Source of the DNA: Takakia lepidozioides
Taxonomy: Eukaryota; Plantae; Bryophyta
Direction of reading: 5' to 3'
Assembly: GCA_030704615.1 (NCBI GenBank)
Contig: CM060733.1
Location: forward strand, 33,480,001 to 33,544,000
DNA length: 64,000 nucleotides
Part shown: piece after piece, positions 11,835 through 23,300 of the stretch
How positions within the stretch are numbered: the stretch's first letter is position 1
How the letters are laid out: each line of letters starts with the position of its first letter
Position numbers and translations under genes: made by a program
Notes under the pieces: generated by a model
Told to the model about the DNA's origin: nothing
The model's input: only the letters and a program-made list of their open reading frames with translations
The model's database searches: none

Positions 11835-12667
11835 GGCCGTATGGCACCCTTTGAGATTTAACTCTTCTTCCCCTTCAATAATTCAACTATTATAGTTATT
11901 TGGCTAAAAATAATGTCATTTTTTGGCTAAAATATAATAGGGTTTAGCCAGAACTTGTCGTCGTGGCCTTCTGTGGAGAAACAAAAACTTGGCACTAGCT
12001 GGCATCCTAAAAAGCCTTGATTGCCAGCTCCTCAGTTTGTTTGCTTCAGTAAGGAGGAAAGAGAGGGCAACTCTCATTTATGGAAATGTCAAAATGCTTC
12101 AACTGCTCTGTTTGTTCAGCTTGAATGCTATTCCAGTATAAAATGGACATTCTCAGGGAGGAAAGGATTGCTGTATGTCCCCTTCAATCCTGCAGAGCTT
12201 CATCTGGGCATGTCAATTATTGACATTGACATTAGATTGTGCACAGCTCAAAGTTCATCGGATCAGTGTGCCTGTTGCACTGCTAAGGATAACTAGTTTT
12301 CTTTTTCATGATAACATAAAAACTTTGCGAATTACATGTAATGTGTAGGAGTATTACATGTATGTATAGAAATAGTCCACTCGCAGATGAAGCCAGTGTC
12401 GGAACTCCTGATTATGATATTTTTCCACTCTGTTTCTATGTTACACCACACCACTTTACCAATAGTGCCATGTAAAGTTCTGCAGATGCATGGCAATGTC
12501 TCTAACAACCAATCAAGTCAATTGTAGTAGGCCATTAGTGTTAGACTACCCTTGGGCAGGAAGGGTTAGCTGATTCTGCTGCATCGAAGTATTCAACCTG
12601 CCTCAAATTTTTTCTACACAGTTTATAGATCACCATAAAATATGTGATAGGGCAGTATGGATTGGCT

Positions 12668-14347
12668 ACTTCTGCTGCAAGAAAATTTGCATTCTGCTTG
12701 GTAATTTGCTGATGACGATTTCTGAGTATGAGGCGAGTGTTTCCCAGGCCAATGCCCATAGCTTGTCAAACTCTTCCTCAGGTTGCTCATAGATGTAAGG
12801 GGCGCCGAACGCTGAGAACAACCCAAGAAAGAGGAGCGTTTGAACCGAAAGCCGGCCAAAAAACTAGAGCACCCGCAACAGCAATATAACAACCTTGAAG
12901 AACAGAGTAAAATCCTTCCCCAGGACAATTTTTTCAAAATCTGATACGCCGGCGTTCCAAGCTGATCGCAATGCGACCGCTAGACGTTGAACAGTTTTTC
13001 AGAAATCTCCAACTTCGACTCCGATGAAGGTTTCGCAAGTGTGATTCCAAAACCTGGACTTGGAAAATAGCTGTAGGAGAAGACACCTAGCAGACCAACG
13101 AGAAGACTGTTTGCCAAAAAGAGAGAGCAAGGTGAAGCCAGATGTGAAGAAAAGGTAGATCCCCGTGACCAGCGAAACCAGAACCCCTAAACTCAGCTTG
13201 GCGTCTCGCCATAGCAGCACATCTGCTACTCTGTTGTTGCCAAGGAAAACATGCACCTTTGAAGAGCCTTTGAAATCCTTTCTCTCGGACTCGGGTTCTT
13301 CTGCTCGCAAGTGGGCAAATGAATCGATGGTGCGGCGGATACCCTCCTCAAGGGAAACCTGTGGAGTGTACCCCAGAAGCTTCGCAGCTCTCGAGCAGTT
13401 GAATTGTTCGGACCGTGGTCACTATCCGAAGTGCGATGGAGAGAACTGGGACGGCCGCACTCCCAATGGAGACAGCTGCTTTGTGATCCACTCGACAATG
13501 TAGGCAAGCGGCATGATCACCGCGATTGGGAGATGGTACTTAGGTCCTGGATAGCCAAGGCCCCCAACCATTTTAGAAACGAATACCCAGAACTTAATCG
13601 GTTCACAGTTGGTGATAAAAAAGCCTTTTCCAGATGCAACATCGTCACCAGGAAGCGTCCAGGAATCAGAGCTTGCTCAGCACATACCTGCTCGTGTGCC
13701 ACATTTTCCACGTATGTCCAATAAAAAAGATTCTCCCCGTCGCCTATTATGAACTTCAGTTTGCCGGCTTTCGCATTGGACACAAATGCAGGGATAGTTA
13801 ATCTGTCTCCAGGGCCGAAGATACCACTCGGCCGCAAGGCGGGAGTCCATGTTTCCCATTGGCAGCCAGTACCAATGCCTCCGCATGGGCCCTGGTATCC
13901 GAATAGAAATCGTTGTGTTTGTCAGGAATCGGAAGAGATTCGTCGCCATTGACAATGCCATGAACACCGTCAAATACAACACTAGGGGAGCTGGTGTGGA
14001 CGAGCTTGGTGACACCGCACTCCCAACAATCCTCAATCACATTGCGCGTGCCTACAACAGTCACATCATAATGGAGCTTGAAATTGTTGATGGACGAATC
14101 TGGGGCTGCCATGTGAAACACCACTGCCACTCCTTCCAAAGCCCGCACAACCTGCACCTTTTTTCTCAGATCTGCACACATATATGTACTGCGCTCGTCC
14201 AGTGGCCAAAGCACGGCTAAGAGGCCCTTCTTCGTCTCCGGGAGACATATCAAGTTGTGGTGCCAGGTCTATAATCCTCACAGCGAACCGCCCTCTCTCC
14301 AGCAGCTTCAGCACCACGTGACGGGCTGCGAAGCCCTGCCCCCCTTC
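12668..14347 (-). pseudogene. Intronless 3-beta-hydroxysteroid dehydrogenase/C4-decarboxylase with C-terminal reticulon domain (processed pseudogene)
   Basis: GxGFAARHVV, VFHMAAPDSSINNFKLHY, HTSSPSVVFDG, LRPSGIFGPGD, TYVENVAH, then reticulon VADVLLWRD. Contiguous with no introns; several frameshifts. Confidence 0.85.
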
Positions 14348-14608
14348 GCAGAAGAGAGTTGCTAGCTTGCTTAGTTTCTCTCTTCCGTCCTGCTTCCTTC
14401 ATTTCGTGCTCTTCCTATACTCGTTTCTAAGCCTCCTTGCCTCCAAGGTTGTTTTTCCTTGCACCTCCAATTCATTTTTAAGGGCCTCTGTCCTGTTTGT
14501 TTCAAAAACAAAAAGAATGAGGGCTTCTATCCCCTCTTCAAAAAGTATGTAAAAAATATTTGTTTGTAGGCCAAACGGTTCTATGAGTCATGGTTTGGTG
14601 TCGCTGCC

Positions 14609-17600
14609 TTAAGTCCATCTCTCTAGTTTCAACTCTGTCAACTGCGTGATTGACTCTGGCAACTCAAAATCCTCCAGCCCCAACACGAGTGTTTTGAGCC
14701 GTGTAAGCTTGCCCATACACTCTGGTAACCTCACCCACACATCTTTGTTTAGGTAAGATGTCAACTGCAATGTCTCCAGCTTGGTGAGTTGAGCGATGCC
14801 CTCCGGGAAACTCACAACAACCTCACACCCCTCCTCCACGTCAATCATCAACTTGAGCGATTGTAAACCTTTGAGTTGGTCAACTATTCATAGAATTCAT
14901 TGGAATCAAGCATGGTTTTGATACACTGCCTGTAACCACGGATACAGTCTGTGAGTTGTTGAACCTGCCCAAGATCAGTCACGTGTAGCTCTTGCAACCG
15001 TGTGAGTCGGGCAACAGACTTGGGTAATCTGCCTGGAGGTAGCGTAAGCCATCGCAATGTTGTCATCTCGCCCACCCACGACCACATCGCTAACCGGTCA
15101 CAACTAAACATGTTAAGCGACTCCAACTCAGTGAGTTTGGTGATGGACTCCGGCAGCTTCTCCAGCCTGTCACAATTTGTCAAATCGAGTGATTTCAAGC
15201 CGCTAAGTTCGCCAATGGTCCAAGGCAATTCTAGAAGATGGCGACACTGCGACAAGTTCAGGTCTTGCAATTGTGCCAATAGGCCGATAGACTGCGGTAG
15301 TCTTTGCAGGCTCTCCATCCATTCAAGGTGAAGTTGTTGGACACCTGTCAACTGTCCCAGGGACTCTGGCAAATTCTCAATCTTTTTACATGAAGACAAA
15401 TCCAGCCTTCGTATCGCTTTGAGATCTCCCACAGACTTTGGGACTTTTTCAAGAGAATGACACAATGCAAGTTGAGCACTTGCAATCCAGTGAACTTTCC
15501 AAGAGTCTTTGGTAATCTTTTGAGCCTATAGCACTTGTCCAAGTTCAACTCTCGTAAAGATATTAACTTCCCAAACTCAAATTCTGGGATACCTCCAACT
15601 TTTCACATCTTTGCAAATGCAATACACGCAATTCGGAAAGGTGGGTGATACTCGCTGGCAACTCCTTCACATCAGAACCTTCCAAAGAGAGCCATCTCAA
15701 CTGGCTGGAATGCCTCCGGAGGGAGTACTGCAAAGTTGATTGTGTGGTTCTCCTCAAGTCCAGCAAGCGAAGCTGCGGCATCTGGCAAATTCAGAAGTTG
15801 AATACTCCACACAAGATCCATCCAATGAAAGGCCTCGCACAGCTTCCGTCACCTGGAGATATAATTTGTCTGTAGAACAGTACTAAACAGCTGAAAATGA
15901 GAGGAGACATAATAAAGACAACACGAGAATTCAGATACATTGACATCCTGACATGCATAGACAAAGTTCAAAGTCAAACCTGTTTGTGTTGAAGCAAATT
16001 TTCCACCATTTGCACCCTCCATAGCCGACTTTGACGTCCCGGCATGTCACCTGATTCTTCTACGACAATGTTTTGTCCCATGTCTCGCAACTGATCATGC
16101 ATGAACAATTCCCCCTCCTCCCCTACTTTCACAAGTGATCTTTCTTTTAGGTTTTCTAAGCCCAGGGTTGAATGTATGCGGCATACCGTTTCAAATTCCT
16201 TTATTTTTGGCCAATCATCCACGTGATGATAGTCAGCAAAGAAGCAAGCAATGTCCAGGAATGCTTCTTTCTCATCCTTGCACAAATCATCATAGCTAAT
16301 TTTTAAACGCTTTCATAGTGTATCATTGGCATCACCGCCCCACAAAGGCTGTGTTTTTTGCAAACGTTCCAAGGCCCCTTTCCATAAATTTTCATAATCT
16401 TTGGTTTTAAGGAATTTACCCATAACCTCAAGGCTCAATGGAAGCCCACCGCAAGCCGCCACTACGTCCTCTAAGAGTCTCCCCAACCTTGTCCTCCGGG
16501 GGTCTTCCTTTGTAAAAGCATGTAAGCTAAACAACTGCATTGCATCCTCCGGGTTTAGGAACGGCATGTCGAACATCCCACTCTCACCCAAATGGCTGCT
16601 TCGGCTTGTCACAATCACTTTGCTGCCACTTTGGTCAAGTTCGTTGGGTGTCTGCATGAGCAATGCTTTGAGCTGCTCCTCGCTGTCAGCATCATCCACA
16701 ACGACGAGAATCTTTTCCCCTGCAAGCTCTCTCTCAAGAATGTGTTGACGGTGCTCAAAACTTCCAATGAAGTAGTCGTCGAGTTGAGGACACAAGTCCC
16801 GCAAAAGCTGCTTTTGGACCTCAACAAGTTCCCTTGTTCTCACATCTTGTAAGAAGCTACATGCATTGAAATCCTCGTGCATGAGATGGTATAGCTCCTT
16901 CACCAATGTCGTCTTACCAATTCCACCCATGCCAACTATACCAAGAATTGGAAATTTCTTGAGTTTCTGCCGTACACTAGCACTGCATTCAGATAGTCCG
17001 ACCATGTTGTGTGTTGGGCGTGATGGTAGTCTTGCACGGCTGATGGAATTGGCCTGCCAAACGTTGTGGTAGCCGAATGAGTGCACATGTGGAAGTTTGA
17101 GCAACATAAGCACATGTTGAACATGACTACAAACTTACACCCAGTGACATGAAGGTCCCAAACATCCTACTATCAAGCAAATATCGTGGCCCATAGCCAC
17201 AAGGGAACAATGACTAAGATTCACTCCAAGATCCAAAACCACTGTAAAGGACCTTCCATCTAGAGAAAGGGGGGACAATGTGCTAGCACTACTGAGCTTG
17301 CTGCAAGCATGGATGCAGTACAAAGTTCTCAATAATGTTCAGCACTATGGGAATTGTCTAGTTACAGTAAGTACATCACTAATACCAGTCACAACTTGCA
17401 GTTTCAAAAGGCTTCAAAGGAGCAACATGAGCAGTTCATCCAATACATCAGAAGAAATCTATACATGTGTCTGGTGGAGGCTGTGTAGTTTGCTGTCCAT
17501 CTCTATTAACATGATCAAAACAATCATTTACACCACGATCTAAAGATCCTACCTCATCACGACATGTTCGTAGGAATTGCAAGAGCTGTTGGTAGCTTTC

Positions 17601-19035
17601 ATGTTGCTTGTTACTTGGCTGGCAAACTTCCAGGTGATCACTATCTTCAAGTTTGTAGTTGTGATGGCCAGACAGAGCCTGTGCAGAAGCGAACTCCACT
17701 ACCACCCTTTCCTGACAACAACGCAGGCTTCTTAGGCTGCTCACCTCTTGCCAAGTTCAAGGGGTGATACTCTTTGGGAAATTTGCAGAGAATTTTAGAA
17801 GAATTTCAGTAGTGATGCTACCATGCTGTTGAATATACCATCCAGACTTGCCTTGACTACTTCCCTATACTCCTGATGTGCACCCCGGACCCAAGCAATG
17901 CACTTCTAGTTTACAATAATCATTCCAATGCTATTTATAATGTTGGTGATCTATCTTCAGGCTTCACAACCTTGACATGCCCCATCCACAACTGAACCTT
18001 CAAATTAATGAGAGCGACAATAACTGTATTATGATGACGGATGCTCACCATATTTTTCAGGGCCTTTCCCTCTGCAAAAGCTTTCACATTGATGCAGCCG
18101 TCCTTGACTGTGTCATCAAAATCCACAGACAACTCTGTCATTCGCCGTTGGAAAGGTTCCAAATTTCGCATGAATCCTGCCCATTGTGGTCTGGCACCCC
18201 ACTGGAATTTGCTGCATTCACTGGCATACGCAGCTAGGTCTGAACCAGTATGAGGCACGGCATAGAACACCACACCTCGCAGATTCTTTACAAAGCCCTT
18301 GGCACATTGCACAGCTTTCCTATCCAAAGCATTGTTAACATGGATATGTCTGGTCCTAGCAGCCTCAACCACCAGACGTTTTACCACAAGCCCGCCAAAG
18401 CTGTGGCCTACCAGCGCAAATGGGTGCTTGTGACCGAGCTTCCAAGTTTCACTGCATAGAGAAAACCACTGTGGCTTTAAGGATTTAGCACGTCAATGGA
18501 ACTTTCAACCGTTCTATTTAAGTTAGAATCTAAGACTTGCCACTCGTGATTGTAAATGTAAATGAGCCATCCGGGCCTGCAAAAATCTGGATTGATGATT
18601 CCCAACAAGCAATGCATTTGGTCCATTTGGTATCAATTATTTATTGTCTTCAAATGCACCGTCAGAAATCGCAAATGTTTTGTGGATGATAAGAGAGGTG
18701 CTTTTGTGGGTTGACAGAGTCTGCAGGTGTAGGACAGACCTTGTGACTAGACTCTGCATCAGATTCTTCCCGATATCAGAGACGTCCTCTGTGCCCCCTC
18801 CATGATGCGATGTGGCATTTGCATCATACGACAGTAACAACACCCGCACGTTCCCACCCAAATCTTGTGGTAACCACTGCTGAGGCCAGCACACTTCCGA
18901 GTTGTTGCGCTGCACCCATGTACTCTTCCTCGGTGGGGCTTCACTAGAAAACTGCAGGCCATGAAAGAAGACCACGTCGAAGCTTGTGTGGCGTGGATTC
19001 TCTGGAATTGGCCATAGCTGCTGTACAGGATTCAT
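14609..19035 (-). pseudogene. Alpha/beta-hydrolase-NB-ARC-LRR immune receptor (hydrolase-NLR), disrupted
   Basis: Hydrolase: VVFFHGL, WPQQWLPQDL, VGHSFGG (~18395-18415), FYAVPHTGS, DSDHLEVC. NB-ARC: GMGGIGKTT, LVVVDD, GSKVIVTSR, CGGLPL, FLDIACFF, MHDQLRDMG. LRRs follow. Stop at 16313 and frameshifts near 15570, 15470 and 14880. Confidence 0.9.
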
Positions 19036-19127
19036 CTGCGAGTTCTCACACAGCCGTGTTAAGGAGAAGTTACATCACCTCAGTGAGCTCTTAATCTTGG
19101 CACCTCTTAAGGGAATATTGTTCCGTG

Positions 19128-19479
19128 TGTTGGAGTATTGACTAATTTTCAACGGCAGATCTGATCACGACGATGACATCTGAAGCAGATCGGAAAACGA
19201 CAAACCCATACCAAAGAGTCCACGATCCAGAGCAATACCAACAACCAAACATATTTTCACTGCAGCTGAGCATCACAAACACATAACATGGGGAGTACAG
19301 CCAAATTGAGCAGCTGCAGAAGCTGTGCAGCTGAAGATGTGGAATGCATTCCAATAGCAGTCGCAGTCCTCTATATACAGGGAACACACGGAGGATATTG
19401 TGTTCAAGTGGAAGACACCTAGAAAAGATAGAAGGTGAAGCCCAGAAGGACGGTAATAAATTATAATGGTATCCCAACA
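19128..19479 (-). mobile_element. Possible solo LTR (Copia-like)
   Basis: TGTTGG...CCAACA ends, 352 bp, TATATAG box on the minus strand. Flanks CCGTG and AGCAT do not form a TSD. Confidence 0.4.
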
Positions 19480-20368
19480 AGCATGCAGTGGTAGGACGGG
19501 ACCTGCATTTTATGCTTCTCCTCCTTGTGTTTCTGATGTATGTGTGTCGTCTGAGAATTCACATGGCAATTTTGTTATGTGCAATTGAGTTGAGAAGATA
19601 GGCTGACGGAACGACATCTTGTTACCACGCGTTACCTTGAAGGAGACCACCAACCTCCTCCCTGCCATCTCCTACAATGGTTCTCTGGGGATGAAGAGAA
19701 TTGTGGGTTGTATGAGTAGCAAGTCATTGTGTCACAGAGACTTGCACAGACAGCCCTGTTTCATGCAACAACACATGAGGGTCTAGAAAAAGTATAGTTA
19801 GCTCCCTATCGACCTCATGCACGAAAATGTCAGAGCTTTCAATAAAATTTGTGAGGGCCTCCTTCCCAAGTCCCTCCTCATGCTGCAAGAAAAAAGAGGA
19901 TGAAAGCCTGGGAGAGAAGAGAAAAAAGAGAAAAAGACCAGATGAAATATTAATTCTGGGAATTTTAACCCGCGAGGGCGGGAATCTTAACCGCTCAAAA
20001 GACAATTTGATTAGATCCAACGGACGAGTAAACTGAAATGGCAGAGATATTTTGTGGAATAAATTATGACGATGCAACCCATCTAACTTTAGCAGTGTAC
20101 AGTGGGTCCTTGCGACGACGGGACAGAGGAAGGAAGAAGTATGGCTAAGATGGGCACCGAAACAATTGCATTCTCGGCTTTGTCTCATTGAATTCCTCTG
20201 CTCTGATTTGCGACTGATGTGTTTTTCTGAAAGATTGGGTGATGGGTTTTGTCTGGGTGAAGGATTGGTGATGGGTTTGGAGGCTGCTCCAGAGATGTAG
20301 AGAACAGAGTTGAGAGAGGGAGAGAGAGGATCGGAAAGGGAGATGTGAAGGAGTGAAGAGGAGCAATC

Positions 20369-23300
20369 ATGCACATAAATGGAGCAGCACTGGTGAAAGA
20401 AGGGAGCAATCAGAAGGGGGGAACCAGTCTGTCCCGCAGGGGTAGGAAGGCGCTCTCACCCTTCTCTCCATATATCAAGGCTGTGAACGATGCCAAGAAA
20501 AACCAGTGGTCGGCCTCGAACACCGATGGGTTCTTTCTTGTGAGTTCCTTCCCTTTCGCTCAGTGACTTGTCGACTGCAATTCCCACTCTATCTCAAGAG
20601 TGGGTAAGTTGATGGATTCAGGGTGGTGTGGATTCAAGTAAGCCCGACTCTTCTTCTTCCTTTTTAAGAATTCGAGGCTTAACAGTAGAGGTTTGTTAGA
20701 GTAGCCAGACTCCGGGGTTGACATCATGGTTACATTCTGCGCACGATTGTCACTGGGATATTCTTTTTGCAACTCTCAGGGAAGGAAGAACTAAAATTAT
20801 CTGTACAGAGCTCAGGTCAGTTCGACCTAGGATAGTGCTAGCGACAAATGTGGCCTGGATTTAGTGTACGCCCGTGGAGTGGGTGAGGCGCAAGGGGATC
20901 CTGATGACAGCCCGCATCCTTGTAGAGAAGAATGGGTGTCTGTACCTCTTTACATAAGCAGCATGTTATGAGATATAAGGTGAAGGGGCACACAGCGTCG
21001 ATTAGTTGCCTGATTTAATTTCCTCCAGGTCAGCTATGTATTGGGTTTGTGAGTGGGGCTGTCAATGGAGAATCATCATTAATAAGTGAAGCTATGTTAA
21101 TTCTGGGGGGAATTACTTCTTGATACCTGGCTGGCTTTCAAGAGTTCTGTCGAAGCAGGACTCGATGTGAAAGGCTTGCAGGCTACATGTCTAAAGACTA
21201 ATTTTGATTTCAAGTGGCAATATAGGCTTGTTCACACTAGCTAGATCTTGTCTTCTGAGCTGATTACCAATATGTGCAAATTTGCAAGTATGACACCACC
21301 ATGAGTGGTTAGTATGCTGTTTAGCTTGATTCTCTGTCCGTGCTGCACATTATATCTTACTGTAGAGTCCAAGTGCTTCTTTGGTGCCACCAACTTTTTG
21401 AAAGGAACTCAACTGCTCATTCCTTTTGTCTCAAGCAGGCCTATTCAGGCCCATGTTCTTCTTCAGCTGAGTATATCCTCCTTGAGGAAAGGTGCAACCT
21501 TTTTCTGGAAATCTCTTAGACTACTACGATTCCATCCAATCTGAAACCTCTGGAGTTTGTTACATGCAGCAAAGCCCTTTTTGTTGGTTATGTACAGCCA
21601 AGTCTGTGATTTTTGATGTTTGATCAGGTGTAAGCTATTGCTTGAGAGTATGGGGCCATGTGGCAGTGCTGAGCATGACCCCGCTGGTTGATGTTGGAAT
21701 TGACAGATGGCGACAGCTGAAAGTGTGTTGTCCTTTGACCTCATCCATGAGAAAATAAGGTATGTCAAATCTCTAGTCTCCATCCCCACAGAGGCTCAAG
21801 TGGATCTGAGATTGCCATGAGTATCTGTGTCTCTCTATTCTGTCAAAAATGTTCTAGGTTTTACTAGGGTTCTAGTTTTAAATGAAATAACATCATTATA
21901 AGACCTGCTGCTCGTGCAGAGAGCATTTTCTTAGTGTGAATGTTCGGATGTCAATTGCAGGAATTGCAGAGAGGTTCCAGCAACAGTTGGGTTGTATAGC
22001 AACTTCAGAGGGGGAGAGAGGCTGTGCCATGCACTTGCCAGCATGATGCAGAGGACTTTCATGGGTGTGGAGGTATTCAATCCCTTTTTGCGTGGGTTTA
22101 TATTGTAGTGGCCTGTCGGGCGAATATATTCCCTTGAAGCCCTGGAACTACCCTTTTTCTCATCCAGCAAGATTTTGTCGCAGAGATTGGTCAGGGAAAT
22201 AGTCAGTGCATGTTTAGTATGGGTGAAGATGCTATACATTAAAGAATGTACTCATAAGACATTTTTTGTCATAGCCTTGTGGCCTGCTATGCTATTCACG
22301 TTCTAGAGTGTGAGGTCAGATCCAGGGTGGCGCTTGCCTTGGCAATACCTGGGATTGGCAGTTCTGTATGAGAGTTTGATAAGTCTTTTACTATATTTAT
22401 TGTGTAGTGTTTCCAGTGAGATCTCTCTCTGTCTCTCCCCTATTATTTCTCTCTAAAATCTCTCTTGTTAGTGCTGTCCAAAATTGACTCAGCAGTGAAA
22501 AAGTAAGGCTCAGGGTCCTTACATCAGTCTTCTTGTATGGGTCACCTTGCTTCATTCGACCATTCCCTGCTCTATGGTGCAAACAACCTAGACCACTTAT
22601 TGCTGAAGACTGTGCATCCACCCTTGGGGAATGTTTAGTATCCAGTAGAGGCAGAAATGGCAGTCACTATTGCCTACAAAAGTACTCTAATTTGTTGATC
22701 AGCTAATAATCTTCAAGTTTCCCTCCTCTTTTCTTGAATTGGCTATTTTGTGTTGATCTTTGATTGTAATTGACATGTTTGTCGTTGTACAGGTCAATCC
22801 AGCTCACATCTGCATTTCCAGTGGCGTCACTGCGTGAGTTCTTGGCTTGAATTTTGTCCTCCCCCTTGTTGGGGTACTCATGTACATAGTCTACATATAA
22901 GTAAGATGGTTCAGAGGCTAAGTGCTATATTTTCAATTTAAATCCGGTATGCGCACCTACAAGTGCACCGACTATGATAGGATCTTTGTAGCCTTAGACC
23001 ATCACTGCGATATTGTTGTCTACCAGCCATTTCGAAAACAGTCCTCCTCTGTATATGTGTCTACTATTTCACAGCAAGTGTATGTAGATACACTGTACAG
23101 TTTGGTGTCATGTAGATTTGATTCACATTCTTCTGGGGTATTGGAAGGGCAGTGTGTTAGATCTCTTCTTCTTTGCTACCTGCGATCCTGGAGATGGGTG
23201 CCTTATTCCTGCACCTTACTTCCCGGCCTTTGACAATGACATGGCGATCCGGGTGAGCCTCCTCATTACCTTGTGCACAATCTCATCTTTGCTTTCCCTT

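Noticed and set aside
19724-20374. 216-aa minus-strand ORF
   Set aside because: It is low-complexity antisense of the GA-rich 5' region of the ACS-like gene, with no motifs.
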